From Acidimicrobiales bacterium (GTDB lineage: Bacteria > Actinomycetota > Acidimicrobiia > Acidimicrobiales > Aldehydirespiratoraceae): a stretch of DNA of 64,000 nucleotides. The stretch is from assembly GCA_049437325.1 (NCBI GenBank), contig JBMTIM010000010.1, positions 57 through 64,056 on the forward strand, read 5' to 3'. The notes beneath the pieces were generated by a model. That model had not been told where the DNA came from, searched no databases, and worked only from the letters and a program-made list of their open reading frames with translations. Shown here piece by piece: positions 38,478 to 46,106 of the stretch (its first letter is position 1; every line of letters begins with the position of its first letter). The translations under genes and the position numbers were made by a program.

Positions 38478-38932
38478 TCCGCCTCGGTTCGCTTGCTGGT
38501 TACCCCTTCGAAGGACCTCGGGTCCTGGGGGGTTGGACCCCACCGGAGCGACCGGCCGTGTATGCGATTCTCTATCGCGCCGACCCGGTCGGGAAACCAC
38601 ACGACTTCGCCGTGATCGACGTCGACGAGGCCGATGACCTCAGCACGGCCCGTCTTCCGTTCGGGCACCCGCGAGCGCGCTGTTGGGAGCGTCGAGCGGG
38701 CGACAAGTGGGGGCTCCACGTCTGCACCTACGAGGTGCCGGGCGGCACTGCTGCCCATCGCCAACAGATCGTCAAGGAACTGATCGCGGTGTACCAGCCG
38801 GGCTGTGCACCCGAGCAATACGACCTGGCATGGGAAGACGAATGGATCGGCAGCTACGAGGCACCGACCACCGGACCGCTCACGACGAGTCGCAAACGGC
38901 CCGAGGGTACGGGAACGCCTGAGCGCAGCTGA
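38474..38932 (+). CDS. Hypothetical protein (weak GIY-YIG-like pattern)
   Basis: PAVYAILY...VIDVDEADDLS...ELIAVYQPGC; coupled to the upstream gene. Confidence 0.7.
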   Translation: MIRLGSLAGYPFEGPRVLGGWTPPERPAVYAILYRADPVGKPHDFAVIDVDEADDLSTARLPFGHPRARCWERRAGDKWGLHVCTYEVPGGTAAHRQQIVKELIAVYQPGCAPEQYDLAWEDEWIGSYEAPTTGPLTTSRKRPEGTGTPERS

Positions 38933-38940
38933 CGATCAAC

Positions 38941-39300
38941 TCATGTCGGGTGATAGCCGACGGCCTCGTGAAGACGGCTGCGGCGGGTCCCCATTGCAGG
39001 TTTGGCCGGCTCGGGCTGTGGATCGGGGTCGGGCTCGTACGTGGCACCGACCACGATGCCTTCCGCCATGCCGTAGAGCAGCGGAAGCGCTCCGGCGATC
39101 ACACCGCCCGTGTTGTTGATGCGCTCGACCCCAGGCTCGATGACCTCGGCGTCACGGTTGATCTTCCAAACGATCTCGGCGCACTCCTCCAGAAGGGTGG
39201 CGATTCGGGTCAGCTGTCCACCAACGATGAACAGGTAGCCGGCAAGACCGGCGATGAAGACCCCGATGAGGATGACCGAGAGAACAACGAGTGTGGTCAT
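38941..39300 (-). CDS. Small single-TM/coiled-coil protein 5 of the cox operon
   Basis: N-terminal TM then amphipathic helix (QLTRIATLLEE...INNTGGVIAG); ATGA overlap. Confidence 0.8.
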   Translation of the reverse strand: MTTLVVLSVILIGVFIAGLAGYLFIVGGQLTRIATLLEECAEIVWKINRDAEVIEPGVERINNTGGVIAGALPLLYGMAEGIVVGATYEPDPDPQPEPAKPAMGTRRSRLHEAVGYHPT

Positions 39301-39584
39301 GAGCGCACCTTTTCCAGTACACGGCCGAGGAACAGGTGATGTTCCAGGCCTTCGGCGAGCACGCCGTCGACCTGCGCAGCCGTTTCGGCGATAAGAGCGG
39401 TGTCAGCGGTATTGGCCGCCGCCCGCTCCAGCGTGTCCTTGATGGCTTCGACGCGTCGCTCGATCGTGCGAACCAGCAGCACGAGCATCGTCAGCAAGAC
39501 GACGACAGCAACGATGACAACCGCGCCACCCACGATTGCGCCCCACCAGAGGTCTTCCTGGGTGTCAGTCAGTGCGAACAACAT
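39297..39584 (-). CDS. Small single-TM/coiled-coil protein 4 of the cox operon
   Basis: GGAGG RBS; TM then VRTIERRVEAIKDTLERAAANT. Confidence 0.8.
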   Translation of the reverse strand: MLFALTDTQEDLWWGAIVGGAVVIVAVVVLLTMLVLLVRTIERRVEAIKDTLERAAANTADTALIAETAAQVDGVLAEGLEHHLFLGRVLEKVRS

Positions 39585-39585
39585 G

Positions 39586-39852
39586 TCAGCCTCCCAACCG
39601 AGCTCGGCCCCGAGCAAGACCGGCGGTGATCGCACCTGCGGCCTCGATCGTGGTGTGGAGCTCCTTCAACGAATCGGTGTTGACGACGGCCTGTTCGAGC
39701 GCGTCATTGATGTGTGTGGCCCGGTTCCCGATCGACCGAGCAAGCATCAGGATCGGCACCACGAGCGCAACCACGGCGATCACGACGATGATCCCGATGA
39801 CGTAGCCGATCGTCCACCCAGTGGTCGAGCCTTCGGCAGCGAGTAGCAGCAT
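39586..39852 (-). CDS. Small single-TM/coiled-coil protein 3 of the cox operon
   Basis: GGAGGG RBS; TM then ARSIGNRATHINDALEQAVVNT. Confidence 0.8.
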   Translation of the reverse strand: MLLLAAEGSTTGWTIGYVIGIIVVIAVVALVVPILMLARSIGNRATHINDALEQAVVNTDSLKELHTTIEAAGAITAGLARGRARLGG

Positions 39853-39864
39853 GAGGTTCCCTCC

Positions 39865-40092
39865 CTAGATCGAGTCGCAGAAGTCGCGGACGGGTGCAAG
39901 GCTGGCGTTCACGGACGGCAGCGCGGTGGGCACGGTGGAGGTCTTGGCGGCAACCGCCTGCACCCCACCGGTGACTTGTTCGAGGGTCGAGTCGACCACC
40001 TTGAGGTGGAGCACGACTCGCAGCAGTCCGATGGCGGCAGCCACGATGATCAGGCCGGCGACGACCACGGTGAACCAAGCAACAACTGGCAT
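39865..40092 (-). CDS. Small single-TM/coiled-coil protein 2 of the cox operon
   Basis: AAGGAG RBS; TM then LKVVDSTLEQVTGGVQAVAAKT. Confidence 0.8.
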   Translation of the reverse strand: MPVVAWFTVVVAGLIIVAAAIGLLRVVLHLKVVDSTLEQVTGGVQAVAAKTSTVPTALPSVNASLAPVRDFCDSI

Positions 40093-40105
40093 ATCAGTCT
40101 CCTTC

Positions 40106-40357
40106 TCAGCCCAGCAGCTTTCCGACCGAACCTGCGTAACGCACGGCACCGTCGGCGACTTCTTCGATGGTTTGATCAGTGGTCGCGAGCAGATCCGGGG
40201 TCGTGTCCAGCTCACCGACGAGGGCGACGCCTCCGGCGAGGATGTCGTCACTCGCCTTGCGGATTCGCTCCAGTGCGCCGAGCACCCGGCTGAGCAACGC
40301 GACTGCGATCGGCACGACGGCCAGCAGCAGTATGAGATTTCCGATCCACCACAGCAT
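40106..40357 (-). CDS. Small single-TM/coiled-coil protein 1 of the cox operon
   Basis: GAGGAGG RBS; TM then LERIRKASDDILAGGVALVGEL. Confidence 0.8.
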   Translation of the reverse strand: MLWWIGNLILLLAVVPIAVALLSRVLGALERIRKASDDILAGGVALVGELDTTPDLLATTDQTIEEVADGAVRYAGSVGKLLG

Positions 40358-40367
40358 CAGGGCCTCC

Positions 40368-40952
40368 TCAGACGAGCTCGGGGTTGTAGGGCAGGAAGAA
40401 ACGGCGGAAGACACGGGTGAGCGCCATCCGAGCCGCTCGTAGGGCGATGGCGAAGCCACTTGCGGCCTGCACATTCTGAACCTGACTCGGATCGCGGCCC
40501 TCCGAGATCGCCAACAGTCGATTTTGGACGTTGGCAGCAAAGTCGTCGAGCAGCACCGACGTGATGTCGCTGACAAGACCTCGGCCGTACTGCGCAGCGG
40601 CACCCGAGATGTTGAGATCCATGGCGACGTTGACCTTCGTCCCCCGACCCGTCGACTGCAGGCCGGCATCCAGCAGCATCGCTGCCTGACCGCGGCCCTT
40701 CTTGTCGGCACCGCTGGCGTCGACGCTGATCGTCTTTGCTTCTTCGTTTCGCTCCAGGATCTTTGCCTCGCCGTCGAAGTCGAGCTTCACCGGGCCGAGC
40801 CCGATCGCCACCGTCCCTCCGTAGTGGTCGTCGTCGAGTTCATCGGTGAGGTCGGTGCCGGGAAGGCACGACGCAACCGCAGGGATGTCGCCGAAAAACT
40901 CCCAGACCATCTCGATCGGCTGATCGACCTCGAATTCATTGGTGATCTCCAT
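40368..40952 (-). CDS. coxG: CoxG (SRPBCC) CO dehydrogenase accessory protein
   Basis: MEITNEFEV...VASCLPG...GPVKLDF...AAQYGRG. Confidence 0.9.
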   Translation of the reverse strand: MEITNEFEVDQPIEMVWEFFGDIPAVASCLPGTDLTDELDDDHYGGTVAIGLGPVKLDFDGEAKILERNEEAKTISVDASGADKKGRGQAAMLLDAGLQSTGRGTKVNVAMDLNISGAAAQYGRGLVSDITSVLLDDFAANVQNRLLAISEGRDPSQVQNVQAASGFAIALRAARMALTRVFRRFFLPYNPELV

Positions 40953-40973
40953 CAGATCATGCCTCGTTCCTCG

Positions 40974-41906
40974 TCATAGGGTCGCTCCTCGTTCGGTGGC
41001 GTACGCGGCCCGGCAACCCGGGCAGCAGAAATAGAACATCTCCCCATCGATCTCGAGGGGATGGTTGGTGTCGAGTGCGTCGACGGTCATGCCGCACACC
41101 GGATCGATTGCGAGTTCGGCCTCCGACGGATGGACTGAAACCTCGGCAGTGAAGACACCGTCGGCTCGGAGTTGCACAAGCTCGGCGAGGATCGCCACTG
41201 CGACCTCCTTATGGGTTGTGCTCCCAAGGTCGAGCCCCGCCGGCATCCGCAGACCGTCGAGTTCGGCCGCGCCCACGCCCTGCGATCGGAGGTGCTCGCG
41301 AACAGCTTCTGCCCGACGGCGCGAGGCGACGACGCCGACGTAGGCAGGGGCGGCCTTGAGGGCCGACGCGATGACGTCTTCATCACCATGGCCCTGGGTG
41401 GCGACGACGACGATCGACGCTGCGCCGACCATCCCCTCGCTGAACTCGGCACCGGTGAGTCGTTCGACCCGCCAGTCCAATTGGGCTGCCATTCCAGCGA
41501 GGCTTGCGGCCATCGGTGAGTCACCGACGATGACCAGGTGTGGCACAGGCACGACGGGCTCCAGATAGATCTGCAGAGCACCCTCGCTCTGGCACGACAT
41601 CGCGATGGCCGAGGTTCGTTGCGGCAGATCACCGAAGCGCTCGGCGTCGCCGAGGGCGACGAGACGAGGCTGGCCGGCCGCAAGCACGCTCTGCGCTTCG
41701 CGAATGAAGACAGGTTCGGCACACGCGCCGCCGATCCAACCGTGGATCTGGCCCGATGCCGTATAGATCGCCCGTGATCCCTGTTGACCCGAGGACGGGC
41801 CCTCACGCCAAACGACGGTGGCGAGGACGAACGCTTCGCCGCTCTCTGCGAGTTCGACCGCGCGTTCGAGGACACCCCAGCCCTCGACTGCACGGTGACC
41901 ACTCAT
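40974..41906 (-). CDS. XdhC/CoxF family protein with C-terminal YHS domain
   Basis: GWIGGACAE, MSCQSEG, PAGLDLG; DPVCGMTV...FYFCCPGC. Confidence 0.88.
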   Translation of the reverse strand: MSGHRAVEGWGVLERAVELAESGEAFVLATVVWREGPSSGQQGSRAIYTASGQIHGWIGGACAEPVFIREAQSVLAAGQPRLVALGDAERFGDLPQRTSAIAMSCQSEGALQIYLEPVVPVPHLVIVGDSPMAASLAGMAAQLDWRVERLTGAEFSEGMVGAASIVVVATQGHGDEDVIASALKAAPAYVGVVASRRRAEAVREHLRSQGVGAAELDGLRMPAGLDLGSTTHKEVAVAILAELVQLRADGVFTAEVSVHPSEAELAIDPVCGMTVDALDTNHPLEIDGEMFYFCCPGCRAAYATERGATL

Positions 41907-41916
41907 CGGCCGGTCC

Positions 41917-44298
41917 TCAGGCCTCGGTCTTGACCGGCGGCATACCGGAGATGTCAGAACCGGTCGTCAGTGCCCCATAGACCCGATCGGGCAGCAGCGG
42001 CATGTCGATGTTGCGCACCCCGGTGTGCTTCAGGGCGTCCATCACTGCGTTCACGAACGCAGCCGGCCCGCCGACGGTCGCACACTCACCGATCCCCTTT
42101 GCGCCGATCGGATGATGCGGACACGGGGTGACGACCTCGTGAAGCTCGAACCCGGGCGTCTCCCATGCCGTCGGGAGCAGGTAGTCCATGTAGTTGGATC
42201 CGATGCAGTTGCCGTCTTCGTCGAAGGTGATGAACTGCATGTTGGCCATCGCGTAGGCCTCGGTCAGACCACCCATGATTTGACCTTCGACGATCATCGG
42301 GTTGATACGGACACCGCAGTCGTCGACCGCCACCATCCTGAGCACATCCCACACCCCGGTCTCCGGATCGACCTCGACCTTTGCGATGTAACACGCGAAG
42401 GGCCACGTCAGGTTGGGCGGGTCGTAGTAGGCGTTGTTCTCCAGGCCCGGCTCCATGCCGTCGGGCACGTTGCTGTAGGCGGCCATCGCGCACTCCTGGA
42501 TGGAGACGCCGCGATCTTGGGCACCGCGTACGTAGAAGCGTCCGAGCTCCCACTCCACATCCTCTTCGGACACCTCGAGCAGGTGCGCAGCGATCTTGCG
42601 GGCCTTGGCCCGGATCTTGCGAGACACCATCGCTACCGCCGCGCCGGCGACCGGCGTCGAACGCGAGGCGTAGGTCCCCATGCCGAACGGCGCCGTGTCG
42701 GTGTCACCCTCCTCGACCACGATGTCGTCGGCGGGGATCCCGAGTTCATGGGCCACGATCTGGGCCCACGTGGTCTCGTGGCCTTGACCCTGGGTCTTGG
42801 CGCCGGTGCGAAGGATTGCCTTGCCGGTCATGTGAACCCGCAGTTCGGCGGAGTCGAACATTTTGATGCCGAGGATGTCGTACTCCCGGCTGTTGCCGGC
42901 GCCGAGCGGCTCGGTCATGGTCGAGATACCGATCCCGAGGAGGCGGCCTCGCTTGCGGGCCTCCTCCTGCTCCTGCTTGAAGTCGGCGTAGCCGATCGCT
43001 TCGAGACCGATGTCGAGGCACTTCTCGTACTGGCCGGAGTCGGTGAGGAACCCGAACGGCGTACGGTGCGGGAAGTCGTCGTCACGCACCAGGTTCACCC
43101 GCCGGAACTCGGCCTGGTCCATACCGAGATCATCGGCCGCGGCCTGGATCATGCGCTCCTGGAAGTACATGGCTTCGGTCACCCGGAACGAGCACCGGTA
43201 GGCGACACCACCAGGCGCCTTGTTCGTGTAGACGCCGGTTGCCGTGAGATGGGCGTTCGGGATGTCGTAGCAGGCGAACGCCGAGTGCATCAGGCCGATC
43301 TTGAACTTCGACGGCTGTGCGTCGGAGAAGAAGGCGCCGTGATCGGACTCGGTGTGCATCCGAACGCCCAGGATCTTGCCGTCGTTGCGCATGGCAACCT
43401 GACCCTTGAGGTACACGTCTCTGCCGAACCCGGTCGAAATCAGATTGCCGCTCTTGTCCTCGATCCACTTGACCGGTCGTTCGGTCAGGATCGACGCCAG
43501 GATCGACGCCACATAGCCCGGGTACACCGGCACCTTGTTGCCGAAACCACCGCCAAGATCCGGCGCAATGATGCGGATCATGTGTTCGGGAATCTCGGCC
43601 ACCAGCGAGACGGCTGCACGGATGATGTGCGGCGCCTGTGTGGTCATGTACACCGTGAGCTTCGACGTCGAACGATCGAAGTCGGCGATCGACCCGCACG
43701 CCTCGATGGGCGACGGATGCGACCGCGGGTAGTGCATGTCGATCTCGGACACGACGTCGGCCTCGGCAAAGGCACGGTCGGTACCATCCTTGTCGCCGAC
43801 TTCCCAGTCGAAGACCTTGTTGTCGACCTGATTGACCTTGTCGTCACGAATCAGCGGGGCATCGGGCGCCATCGCCTGTGTGGGGTTGACGATCGGGGGC
43901 AGCGGCTCGTAGTCGACCACGATCGCCTCACGGGCATCCTTGGCGATGTAGGGGTCGTCTGCGATGACACAGGCGACCTCTTGCCCTTGGAACCGGACCT
44001 TGTCGGTGGCGAGTACGGCCTGGGTGTCGTACGACAGTGTGGGCATCCACGCCAGGTTGCGAGCAGCCATCATCTCCCCGGTGAGGACAAGTCGGACGCC
44101 AGGGATCGCCCAGGCACCGCTCACATCGATCGACTTGATACGGGCGTGGGCAAGCGGGCTGCGCAGGATCTCCATGTGAAGCATTCCGGGCAGCACCACA
44201 TCGTCGACGTAGTTGCCCTTTCCCCGGATGAAGCGGTTGTCCTCGACGCGCTTGCGGCTTGCGCCGAGCCCGCCGATCTTGATCTCGTCGAGGGCCAT
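41917..44298 (-). CDS. coxL: Aerobic CO dehydrogenase large subunit, form I
   Basis: Form I active-site motif AYRCSFR; GGGFGNK, QGQGHET. Confidence 0.97.
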   Translation of the reverse strand: MALDEIKIGGLGASRKRVEDNRFIRGKGNYVDDVVLPGMLHMEILRSPLAHARIKSIDVSGAWAIPGVRLVLTGEMMAARNLAWMPTLSYDTQAVLATDKVRFQGQEVACVIADDPYIAKDAREAIVVDYEPLPPIVNPTQAMAPDAPLIRDDKVNQVDNKVFDWEVGDKDGTDRAFAEADVVSEIDMHYPRSHPSPIEACGSIADFDRSTSKLTVYMTTQAPHIIRAAVSLVAEIPEHMIRIIAPDLGGGFGNKVPVYPGYVASILASILTERPVKWIEDKSGNLISTGFGRDVYLKGQVAMRNDGKILGVRMHTESDHGAFFSDAQPSKFKIGLMHSAFACYDIPNAHLTATGVYTNKAPGGVAYRCSFRVTEAMYFQERMIQAAADDLGMDQAEFRRVNLVRDDDFPHRTPFGFLTDSGQYEKCLDIGLEAIGYADFKQEQEEARKRGRLLGIGISTMTEPLGAGNSREYDILGIKMFDSAELRVHMTGKAILRTGAKTQGQGHETTWAQIVAHELGIPADDIVVEEGDTDTAPFGMGTYASRSTPVAGAAVAMVSRKIRAKARKIAAHLLEVSEEDVEWELGRFYVRGAQDRGVSIQECAMAAYSNVPDGMEPGLENNAYYDPPNLTWPFACYIAKVEVDPETGVWDVLRMVAVDDCGVRINPMIVEGQIMGGLTEAYAMANMQFITFDEDGNCIGSNYMDYLLPTAWETPGFELHEVVTPCPHHPIGAKGIGECATVGGPAAFVNAVMDALKHTGVRNIDMPLLPDRVYGALTTGSDISGMPPVKTEA

Positions 44299-44855
44299 CA
44301 GGCTTCTCCTCCGTCGTCAGCCGGCGTATCGGCCGGTGCATCATCCCGCAATTTCTCAGCAGCCCACAGGACAGCCTTCACGATGTTCTGATAGCCGGTG
44401 CATCGGCAGAGGTTGCCCGACAGGGCCCACCGGACGTCGTCTTCGGTGGGGTTCGGATTCTCGTCGAGCAGAGCCTTTGCACTGAGCATCATGCCGGGTG
44501 TGCAAAACCCGCACTGCAAGCCGTGCTCGTCCTTGAAGCCTTCCTGGATCGGATGGAGTTCGCTGGCCGTGGCAAGACCCTCGACGGTGGTGATGTCGTG
44601 GCCGTCAGCCTGAACTGCGAACACGGTGCAACTCTTGACCGGCTGCCCGTCGAACAACACGGTGCAGGCGCCACAGTTCGTGGTGTCGCACCCGGTATGG
44701 GTACCGGTGAGCTGCAAGCCGTTCCGGAGCAGGTGGGCCAGCAGCAGTCGCGGCTCGATGTTGGCGGCCCGGGTCTCGCCGTTGACACGCATTTCGACAC
44801 GACGGACCGGAATCTCGTCGGTCGTCGTGACCGGAACCTCTTCGAACAACGTCAT
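44298..44855 (-). CDS. coxS: CO dehydrogenase small 2Fe-2S subunit
   Basis: GCDTTNCGACTV, QCGFCTPG, GNLCRCTGY. Confidence 0.95.
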   Translation of the reverse strand: MTLFEEVPVTTTDEIPVRRVEMRVNGETRAANIEPRLLLAHLLRNGLQLTGTHTGCDTTNCGACTVLFDGQPVKSCTVFAVQADGHDITTVEGLATASELHPIQEGFKDEHGLQCGFCTPGMMLSAKALLDENPNPTEDDVRWALSGNLCRCTGYQNIVKAVLWAAEKLRDDAPADTPADDGGEA

Positions 44856-44856
44856 G

Positions 44857-45729
44857 TCAGGCAACCTTTGCTTCAGCGGGCTGGTGCTGGGCGAGAAGGC
44901 GACGTACGAACGTCGCCACGATGTGGCGCTTGTAGTCGGCGCTGCCGCGGTGATCGGAGCGGGGACTGGTGGCGGCGGCCGCTGCCTCGGCGGCCGCGTC
45001 GATGGTGGCATCGTCGAGGGACGATCCGACGAGGGCAGCGGCTGCCTCGGTGGCGCTGATCGTTGCCGAACCGACGCCGGTGAGGCCGATACCGGCCTTG
45101 GCGACCGTCGAACCCGACATCTCGAGCGAGAGCGCGACACCGGCCGTAGCGAAGTCACCAACCCGTCGCTCAAGCTTGAGGTAGCCGCCCTTGCGGGTGC
45201 CGCTTGCGGGAGGAATGATCGCCTCGACGGCGATCTCGTCGGCAGCGAGCACCGTCTGGAACGGCCCGGCAACGAACTCGTCGACGGCGATCGTTCGGCG
45301 ACCGTTGGGGCCCTGGGCGACAATCGAACCGTCGAGGGCAACCATGCACGAGGCCCAGTCGCCCTGCGGGTCGGCGTGACACACCGAGCCCACGAACGTA
45401 CCCCGGGTTCGAACGATCGGGTCGGCCACCAACGGTGCAGCAGCGGCGATCGTCGGCTGGTGATCACCGAGGGTTGTCGACTTCTCGAGGTCAGCGTGAC
45501 GCACGAGCGCACCGATGCGATAGCTGCCGTCGGATTGCGCACCGTGCTGGTCGAGTCCGGGGATGTTGTTGATGTCGACGAGCACAGCCGGCGCAGCAAA
45601 ACGCAACTTCATCATCGGGATGAGGCTCTGGCCTCCGGCGAGAACTTTCGCGTCCTCGTGCGCCGAGAGCAGCGAGATCGCCTCATCGAGGCTCGTCGGG
45701 GACTTGTAGTCGAAACGTGACGGGAACAC
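44857..45729 (-). CDS. coxM: CO dehydrogenase medium FAD subunit
   Basis: LAGGQSLIPMMKLR, HADPQGD, DHRGSADYKR; GTG start with AAGGAG RBS. Confidence 0.95.
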   Translation of the reverse strand: MFPSRFDYKSPTSLDEAISLLSAHEDAKVLAGGQSLIPMMKLRFAAPAVLVDINNIPGLDQHGAQSDGSYRIGALVRHADLEKSTTLGDHQPTIAAAAPLVADPIVRTRGTFVGSVCHADPQGDWASCMVALDGSIVAQGPNGRRTIAVDEFVAGPFQTVLAADEIAVEAIIPPASGTRKGGYLKLERRVGDFATAGVALSLEMSGSTVAKAGIGLTGVGSATISATEAAAALVGSSLDDATIDAAAEAAAAATSPRSDHRGSADYKRHIVATFVRRLLAQHQPAEAKVA

Positions 45730-45739
45730 GGGCTCTCCT

Positions 45740-45982
45740 TCAGTGTCCGTCGGGACCCTGCGGGTCCGGTACGGCACGTGGCAACGAGTCGGGATCGGGA
45801 TCAGGTCGAGGTTCTTGGTGCGGCGGCCAGGGGCCCTGCACCGGCTGACCAGCGACCTTGAGGTGATCGATGAGTTGGGGCCAGGCCCACACCGTCGGAC
45901 TCGGCCCTTCCTTCGGCGAGTCAGCGATGAGCTCGTACAGCCGCGGATTGCCCGCGCTGCGACCGGACGATTCGATGGACAT
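45740..45982 (-). CDS. Small Pro-rich hypothetical protein, first gene of the cox operon
   Basis: GGGAGGG RBS before ATG 45982; 80 aa; stop 10 nt before coxM. Confidence 0.6.
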   Translation of the reverse strand: MSIESSGRSAGNPRLYELIADSPKEGPSPTVWAWPQLIDHLKVAGQPVQGPWPPHQEPRPDPDPDSLPRAVPDPQGPDGH

Positions 45983-46106
45983 CAGCCCTCCCCTTCCGGG
46001 ACGCAAACTCCCAGACGCCGAAACGTAGCAGACCATCTCCCAGGACGCATCTGCCCGGGATTCGGCACGGTGCGGGGGTCAAGGTTCGCGCCGAGCACTA
46101 CTGTTC

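Noticed and set aside
42025-44391. 788-aa plus-strand ORF
   Set aside because: Antisense shadow of coxL; long stop-free antisense frames are common in high-GC DNA, and it has no recognisable motifs.
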